A DNA stretch of 64,000 bases from an uncultured Thermoleophilia bacterium (lineage in GTDB: Bacteria; Actinomycetota; Thermoleophilia; UBA2241), in the NCBI GenBank assembly GCA_963700035.1, contig CAVOWE010000021.1, positions 47,441 to 111,440 of the forward strand, read 5' to 3'. This document shows, in pieces, positions 57,940 to 64,000 of this stretch. Every line of letters starts with the position of its first letter. Within the stretch, counting starts at the first letter, position 1. A program made the translations under genes and the position numbers. The notes under the pieces are model-generated. The model worked only from the letters and a program-made list of their open reading frames with translations. It had not been told where the DNA came from and ran no database searches.

Positions 57940-60900
57940 TCAGCCCGGAGACGTCTCCGCCTCGAGCGGCACCATGTCGCCCGTCTCGTTCGCGTAGGCG
58001 TTCTGCGGCCGCAGCCGGTCGAACGCGAGGTACAGCACCGGCACAAGGACGAGGGTCAGGACCGTGGACGTGAAGAGGCCGCCGATCACGACGATCGCCA
58101 GCGGCGTGGAGAGAAAGCCGCCCTTGCCCATGCCCAGGGCCATCGGCGTGAGGGCCAGGATCGTGGCGACGGCGGTCATGAGGATGGGGCGCAGGCGCCG
58201 TCGGCCGCCCTCGATGACCGCGCTGCGCGCGTCCATGCCGCGGCGGCGGAACTGTTCCACGAGGTCGAGCAGCACGATGGCGTTGGTGACGACGATGCCG
58301 ATGAGCATCAGCAGGCCGACCAGGCTGGGCATGCCCAGCGCCGTGCCGGTGACCACCAGCGCGAGCACGGCGCCCACTGCGGCGAACGGGATGCTGACCA
58401 GCAGGATCAGCGGGTTCAGCAGGCTGCGGAAGGTGGCGACCATGATGAGGTACACGAGCAGGATGGCGATCAGCATGGCGATGCCGAGGGTGCGGAAGAC
58501 GTCGTTGGTCGCCTCGGTGGCGCCGGCCAGCGACCAGGATGCGCCGGCGGGCAGCTGCACGCCGTCCATGGCCTCGGTCACGGCGCTCGAGGCGGCTCCG
58601 ATGTTGTTGCTGACGGCGGCGGCCGTGATGCTCGCCGTGCGCTCTCCGTCGACGTGCGTGACCTGCACCGGCGCCTTGATCTCGGCGATGGTGGCGATCT
58701 CGCCCAGCGGCACCAAGCCGTCGGCACCGGGCACCGGGAGCCGCGTGAGCATGGCGCTCACGGCGCCGGGGATCGGCGGCAGCTTGATGTCCTGCACCAT
58801 CACCTGTGCCGGTAGCGGGCCGTCGGCGGTGGGCACGACGCCGACGGGGTAGCCGTTGAGGACCAGTGTCGTGTAGAGGCTCAGGGTCGACGGGGTGACG
58901 CCCGCGGCCGCTGCCTTCGCCTGATCGATGGCCACCGTGGCGGACGGGCGTCCCTCGCTGAGGTTGGACTTGACGTCCGCGAGGCCGTCCACCGTCTTCA
59001 CGGTGTCAAGGACCGCGTCGTTGGCCTTCTTGAGGACGAGCGGGTCGCTGGCCGAGACCCGGACCTCTATGGTGGACATGCCGCCCATGGAGGCGTCGTC
59101 GCCGGTGACCGTGATCGTGCCGGCGTTCTGGAGTTTGGCCACCTCGGTGCGCACCTGGTCGACGATCGCGAGCTTGTCCATGTCGGGGTCGGTGGTGACC
59201 GTGAACATCGCCTGGCTGGAGGACGCGCTTGTCCCGCCGCCGGCGCCGAAGAGGCTGCCGGTGCTCCCCGCGGTCACCTGGTAGATGTCCACGCCCTCGG
59301 TGGTCGCGAGGATGGCCTCGACCTTGGCGGCCGAGGCCATGGTCGCGTCGAGGCTCGTGCCCGGAGGCAGCGTCTGCGTGACGGTCATGGTGTTCTGGGC
59401 GGAGCTGTCGAAGAGGTTGGTCTTGAGCAGTGGTGACAGCGTCATGGTGCCGACGAACACCGCCACCGCGAGGACGAGCGTGATGACCTTGTGACCGAGG
59501 GCGAGCTTGAGCGCCGGCAGATAGGCGCGCTGCAGGCGGGTGACCTCGTCGGCGTCGCGGTGGCCGACCTGGCGCTTGGAGAGCACCCACGTGGACGCCA
59601 CGGGGACGACCACCAGGGCGACGAGCAGACTGGCGAGGAGGGCGAAGGTGACGGTGAGCGCGAACGGGCGGAAGAACTCGGAAGCCATGCCGTGCACGAA
59701 GCCCAGCGGCAGGAACACGGCGACGGTGGTGAGCGTGCTGGCCGTGATCGCTCCGGCGACCTCGCGCGTGCCCGTGAAGGCGGCCGTACGCACGTCGTCG
59801 CCCTCCTGCAGATGGCGGTAGGTGTTTTCGATGACCACGATGGAGTCGTCGATGACGCGGCCGATGGCGATCGTGAGGCCGCCGAGCGTGAGCATGTTCA
59901 GCGACTCGCCGCGCGAGTACAGGACGATGAGCGCCCCGACCACGCTCAGCGGGATCGAGAGACCGGCGATGAGGGTCGAGCGCCAGCTGCGCAGGAAGAC
60001 CCAGATGATGAACACCGCGAACACGGCGCCGATGAGCCCTTCGCGCCACAGCGAGGTGATGCTCTCCTTGATGTAGATGGACTGGTCGACGACAGTGGTG
60101 ATCTTCGTCTGGCCGCCGAGGTCGCGGGTGATGGCGGGCAGTTCCTCGGCGACCGCGTTGGCGATGTCGACGGTGTTGCCGCTCGACGCCTTGCTGATCG
60201 AGATACCGATCGACGACTTGCCGTTGGTGCGCGTGATCGCGGTGAGCGGTGACGGAGCCGATGCGCACGTCGGCGATCTGGCCGAGGGTGACGGGCACGG
60301 TGCTTCCGGCGGACGCCGTGGCGGCAGTGGCGGGGGCGGCGGCGCTCGTCACGCCGCCGGCGCCTGTCGCGCCGCCCACGGCGGCGCTCATGGCCGCGGC
60401 GTCCGCCGGCGCGATCACGAGGCGCTTGATGGCGGCCACGGTCTGCGCCCGGGCGGCGACGGTGATCGGGTACACCAGGCTGCCCGAGGTGACGGTGCCC
60501 GCTCCGGTGGTGAGGTTCGCCTGCTGGATGGTGGTCGCGATCGCCGTCGGCGAGACGCCGAGGCGCACGACCTCAGCCGTCTTGAGCTGGATCTGCAGCT
60601 GCATCTGTTCCACGCCCGAGAGCGTGACGGCCTGCACGCCGGGGATGCCCTGGAGCTGCGGCACCACCTGGGTGCCGAGCTGCGTGGCGAGTTCCTGGGG
60701 CGGCAGCGAGGACGTGACGGCGAGCTGCACCACCGGCATGGAGTTGAAGTTCAGCGCCGCGACCTCGGGGGCCAGGGCGGTCGGGGGCAGCTGCGCGCCC
60801 GACGCCGCCTGTTGCACCTCGGCCTGCTTGGCCTCCATGTCGGTGCCGAACTCGTACTGGACGGTGATGATGCTCATGCCCTCGTTGGAGAACGAGTCGT

Positions 60901-61141
60901 ACTCCTTGACGCCGCTGGTGGTCTTGATCGACTGCTCCAGCGGCGTCGTGACGTTGCGCTCCACGTCGCTCGGGGATGCGCCCGGGTAGGCCGTGAAGAC
61001 GGTGAGATAGGGGAAGGTGAGGTCGGGGATCAGCTCCTGCTTGAGCGAAGAGACGGCGATGGCGCCGAAGATGACCACGGCGACGACCACGAGGCCGACC
61101 ATCGAGCGGTTGCGCAGGGACATCTTGGTCAGCCAGCTCAC
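57940..61141 (-). pseudogene. RND (AcrB/SwrC-type) efflux permease, frame broken at 60250
   Basis: The N-terminus MSWLTKMSLRNRSMVGLVVV...ADVRIGSV is followed by one extra nt. PLTAITRTNGKSSIGISISK then continues in the frame of ORF 57940-60024. The reconstructed protein is about 1066 aa. Confidence 0.85.
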
Positions 61142-61677
61142 GTGGCGCCTCCGAAGCTCGAGGGGGTGTGGTCGTCAGGACGGCGGGTCGTACGCGTCGC
61201 GGCGGACGCTGCCCGGTGGCGTTGCCAACGGGCGATCACGCCGGGGATCTCCGTCTCGAGGAACACGGAGAAGGCGCGCAGGTCGTGCATGAGGGCGTAG
61301 TTGGAGTGCGTCTGGTCCTTGTCGGCGACCGACGCCAGGCCGCGGTCGAGAAGCGCGTGCAGGGTGCGCACGTGGTCGAGGCGCAGCATGGAGTCCGGCT
61401 GCCCGGGGAGGGCGCGGTAGAAGTCGCCGCGCTGCCCCGGCTCACCGACGAGCTCGACGACGCCGAACTGCAGCAGCGCGTGGGCGGCGCCGCTCACGGC
61501 CGCTTTGCTCATGCCGAGCGCTCCCGCGATCTGGGTCAGTGACTGGATCGGCGGGTCGCACATCAGCAGATAGCCGGAGACGCGTCCGGCCATGCGCGTG
61601 ACGCCCATCTGCTCGTACAGGAGTCCGAACTCCTCCACGAGCTGGCGCTGCTCCTCGGCACGCTTGTGCTGCTCCAC
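61138..61677 (-). CDS. MarR/GbsR-type transcriptional regulator
   Basis: The likely start is GTG 61677, with GGGGAGG 7 nt upstream. The winged-HTH segment is AGRVSGYLLMCDPPIQSLTQIAGALGMSKAAVSGAAHALLQFGVVE. Its stop overlaps the RND start as GTGA. Confidence 0.7.
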   Translation of the reverse strand: MEQHKRAEEQRQLVEEFGLLYEQMGVTRMAGRVSGYLLMCDPPIQSLTQIAGALGMSKAAVSGAAHALLQFGVVELVGEPGQRGDFYRALPGQPDSMLRLDHVRTLHALLDRGLASVADKDQTHSNYALMHDLRAFSVFLETEIPGVIARWQRHRAASAATRTTRRPDDHTPSSFGGAT

Positions 61678-61722
61678 TCCTGAGCCTCCCCACCATGCCG
61701 TCACGATCTTCGTCAACGGCGT

Positions 61723-61751
61723 AATGTACGGAGTGAACGGAGTGAACGCAA
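61723..61751 (-). promoter_or_regulatory. Promoter with tandem 9-bp repeat (candidate operator) for the regulator-RND operon
   Basis: TTGCGT (61751-61746), a 17-nt spacer, then TACATT (61728-61723). The spacer is occupied by GTTCACTCC GTTCACTCC (+ strand GGAGTGAAC x2 at 61730-61747). Confidence 0.45.
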
Positions 61752-61782
61752 CCCGCGCGTGTCTGCGGCGGGAGGACGGCAG

Positions 61783-62724
61783 TCAGCTGGTCGGGGTGAG
61801 CGCGAGATCGGCGAGGCGCTCGGCGACCGCCGCGATGCGTTCGCGCCCCTGGAGGGGCGCGAGCCAGCGCGGCGGGATGCCGGTCTCGCCGTAGACCGCG
61901 CCGGCCAGCGCGCCGGTGACGGCGCCCACGGCGCTGGCGTCGCTGCCCATGTTGACGGCCGCGCAGAGGGCGTGCTCGAAGGTCGTGGCGTGCAGCACCG
62001 TCCACAGCGCGGTCTGCAGGGTGTCGAGCACGAAGGACGAGCTGCGGAGCTCCTCGGGCTCGGCCACGAGCGTGTCGGTGAGCACGGTGCTCACGCGGCG
62101 GTCCTCCTCGTCGAGGGTGGCGGCGATGGCCGGCACCTGTTCGCGCAGGTCGCCGTGGATCGCCGCCGAGAGGAGGTCGTTGAAGGCCGCACACGACCAG
62201 CCCGCGAGACGGTCGAAGTGGGTCAGCGTGGATTCGCGGTGGGAGAGCTCGTGCCGCTTCTCGGCGTCGGCGTAGTAGAGCAGCCCGACCGGCGCGCAGC
62301 GGATGAGACTGCCGTTGCCGGCGGTGGGGCCGCCGAGGATCTCGAAGGCGCGCCGCGAGGCCAGGTCCCAGTGCGTCCCGGCGCGATAGCTGAGCAGCGT
62401 CGCGCGCACCGTGAGGCTCACGTGGTGGGGCTGGCTCTCGAACCAGAGGCGGTAGCGCTCGATGACGTCCTCGGGATCGAAACCACCGACGTCGGCCAGG
62501 CTCTCGGCCAGGCAGAGCATCATCTCGGTGGCGTCGACGGTCTCGCCGGGCGCGACATCGTAGATGCCGCCGCCGATCATCTCGGTGACGAACCCGTACT
62601 TCTCCACGATCTGGTCGGCGGTGAGGAACTCGACGGGCGTGCCGAGGGCCTCGCCGACGGCGAGGCCCAGCAGCGCGCCACGAAAACGGTCGCGGGTGGT
62701 GAGCGTCTCGTCGTGCCCGGCCAT
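61783..62724 (-). CDS. ADP-ribosylglycohydrolase family protein
   Basis: The family-like N-terminus is RDRFRGALLGLAVGEALGTPVEF, and later segments are GNGSLIRCAP and GSDASAVGAVTGALAG. The ATG overlaps the upstream TGA by 1 nt. Confidence 0.8.
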   Translation of the reverse strand: MAGHDETLTTRDRFRGALLGLAVGEALGTPVEFLTADQIVEKYGFVTEMIGGGIYDVAPGETVDATEMMLCLAESLADVGGFDPEDVIERYRLWFESQPHHVSLTVRATLLSYRAGTHWDLASRRAFEILGGPTAGNGSLIRCAPVGLLYYADAEKRHELSHRESTLTHFDRLAGWSCAAFNDLLSAAIHGDLREQVPAIAATLDEEDRRVSTVLTDTLVAEPEELRSSSFVLDTLQTALWTVLHATTFEHALCAAVNMGSDASAVGAVTGALAGAVYGETGIPPRWLAPLQGRERIAAVAERLADLALTPTS

Positions 62725-64000
62725 CAGGCGAGCAGGTCGCGGGCGAGGCGCTCGAAGAAGAGCGCCTGGTAGGTGACGTCCTCGACGCGGATGCGTTCGT
62801 CGGGCTCGTGGTCGCGGCCGCCCTGCATGGCGTGGAGACTCTCGGCGACGAACGGGGCGAATCCGTAGGCGATGCAGTCCGGGAAGTACTCGCGGACCCA
62901 GCGCGAGTCGGTGAAGCTGCCCGAGCACATGGGCGCGAGGACGGCGTCTGGCACGTCCCTGCGAAGCACGCGGGCGATGCTCTCGCTGAGCGCCGTCGGC
63001 GCCGGCGAGGCGTTGGGGGTGGTCACGTCGACCCACTCGAACTCCCAGTCGATGCCCAGCGGGTCGAGGACCGCGGCCACGAGCTCGCGCGTGTCGGCGA
63101 CGGTCATCTCCGGCAGGATGCGGCAGTCGATGCACGCTTCGGCATGCGTGGGGATGACGTTCACGGCCCTGCCCGCGTCGAGCATGGTGGGCGTGAAGGT
63201 GGCGCCGAGCAGAGGCTCGACCAGCGACGCGATCTCCGCGTCGAGCCGGCGGAGCTCGGCGCCGGCGGCGCGCGCCGTCTGCGGGTCTTTGAGGCGCGCG
63301 CGCAGGTCGGCATCGGAGACGACGGCGTCGATGAACTGCGCCGTGAGCGGCGCCACGATGGCCGGCGGGTCATACAGGCCGAGCGCGACGACGGCGCGCG
63401 CCAGGTCGATGACCGCGCTGCGCTCCTTCTCGGGCACCGAGGCGTGGCCGCCGCGGCCGCGCGTGCGGATGCGGAACTGGGCGAAGGCCTTCTCGGCGGC
63501 GGCCAGCAGAAAGACCTTGGCGCCGTCCACCGGCAGCCACAGGCCGCCCATGCCCTCGTTGACGAGGTACTCGGAGCACAGCGTGTCGGGCTCGTTCCGG
63601 CAGAGCCAGCGCACGCCGCAATGGTCGCCGACTTCCTCGTCGACGGTGGCCGCGTACTTGACGGTGCCGGCGAAGTCGGCGCCGGAGCGCTTGAGGCGCG
63701 CCAGCGCCACGGCTTCGGCGGCCACCTGGTTCTTCATGTCGGTGGCGCCGCAGCCCCACACGTAGCCGTCCTTCACGACGCCGGCGAAGGGAGGCACGCT
63801 CCATTCGGCGGCGTCGGCCGGCACGACGTCCGTGTGGCCCATGAACGTCAGCGTGGGGCCGGGACGGGCGCCGTCGAGACGCGCGACGAGGTTCAGGCGC
63901 TCAGGCAGTTCGCCGACGAGCGTGCTCTCGATGCCGTTGCCCGCCAGGTAGTCCTTGAGGACGAGCGCGCAGGCGGTCTCGTTGCCGGGCGGGTTGGTGG
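62724..64000 (-). CDS. M20-family metallopeptidase (ArgE/DapE/CPG2-like); 5' end lies beyond the window
   Basis: It carries the motifs GHTDVVP, GATDMK and GGHAS. The frame stays open upstream of the tracked Met at 63842 up to nt 64000. Confidence 0.8.
   Translation of the reverse strand, partial: TNPPGNETACALVLKDYLAGNGIESTLVGELPERLNLVARLDGARPGPTLTFMGHTDVVPADAAEWSVPPFAGVVKDGYVWGCGATDMKNQVAAEAVALARLKRSGADFAGTVKYAATVDEEVGDHCGVRWLCRNEPDTLCSEYLVNEGMGGLWLPVDGAKVFLLAAAEKAFAQFRIRTRGRGGHASVPEKERSAVIDLARAVVALGLYDPPAIVAPLTAQFIDAVVSDADLRARLKDPQTARAAGAELRRLDAEIASLVEPLLGATFTPTMLDAGRAVNVIPTHAEACIDCRILPEMTVADTRELVAAVLDPLGIDWEFEWVDVTTPNASPAPTALSESIARVLRRDVPDAVLAPMCSGSFTDSRWVREYFPDCIAYGFAPFVAESLHAMQGGRDHEPDERIRVEDVTYQALFFERLARDLLA

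Noticed and set aside
61711-61716. TTGACG as a -35 element for the regulator-RND operon.
   Set aside because: No acceptable -10 follows at 16-19 nt. This hexamer is simply the TTG alternative start of the tracked ORF. A better TTGCGT, 17 nt, TACATT promoter lies just upstream.

Overview
The window is a very GC-rich bacterial chromosomal segment (G+C not computed). Several features suggest an actinobacterium-like high-GC organism: the codon bias, a TAT-signal lipoprotein, Pro/Ala-rich protein tails and several apparently leaderless promoters. I can support about 60 protein-coding genes on both strands. I recognised no rRNA, tRNA, CRISPR array, transposase, integrase or prophage genes.

Gene content, in order:
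- a BcrA/BadF-type activase pair
- a cupin, a GyrI-like protein, a DNA glycosylase and an ABC-F ATPase
- a nucleotidyltransferase and a dehydrogenase
- a hemerythrin and a TAT-exported DUF362 protein
- three tandem paralogous membrane proteins
- a bicupin, a fasciclin lipoprotein, a GH18 hydrolase and a flavin reductase
- an orphan type IV pilin
- an arsR / metallophosphoesterase-ACR3-ferredoxin locus
- hisG, an orphan peptide-type SBP, an asparaginase and an aldo-keto reductase
- a HepT/MntA toxin-antitoxin pair
- an sbcDC operon transcribed divergently from a Cas4-like/DEDD-like nuclease (DUF2779-type) plus a divergent UDG-superfamily gene
- an exonuclease-DinG fusion
- two paralogous HTH-GAF regulators
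- a saccharopine-dehydrogenase-like gene followed by two MFS paralogues
- a ferritin-like protein
- a MarR/GbsR regulator coupled to an RND pump
- an ADP-ribosylglycohydrolase and an M20 peptidase

Most notable observations:
1. A self-contained locus of two paralogous micro-ORFs (45 and 50 aa), too short for the ORF track. It has the best promoter, RBS and terminator in the window, and I do not recognise the family.
2. About 20 apparent frameshifts, roughly nine of them packed into the coiled-coil of sbcC. These are either widespread pseudogenisation or assembly indel errors.
3. The two HTH-GAF regulators have identical leaderless promoter geometry.
4. A nuclease/UDG pair sits next to sbcDC.

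I found no clear-cut new multi-gene system. All family assignments rest on motif recognition, not on searches.
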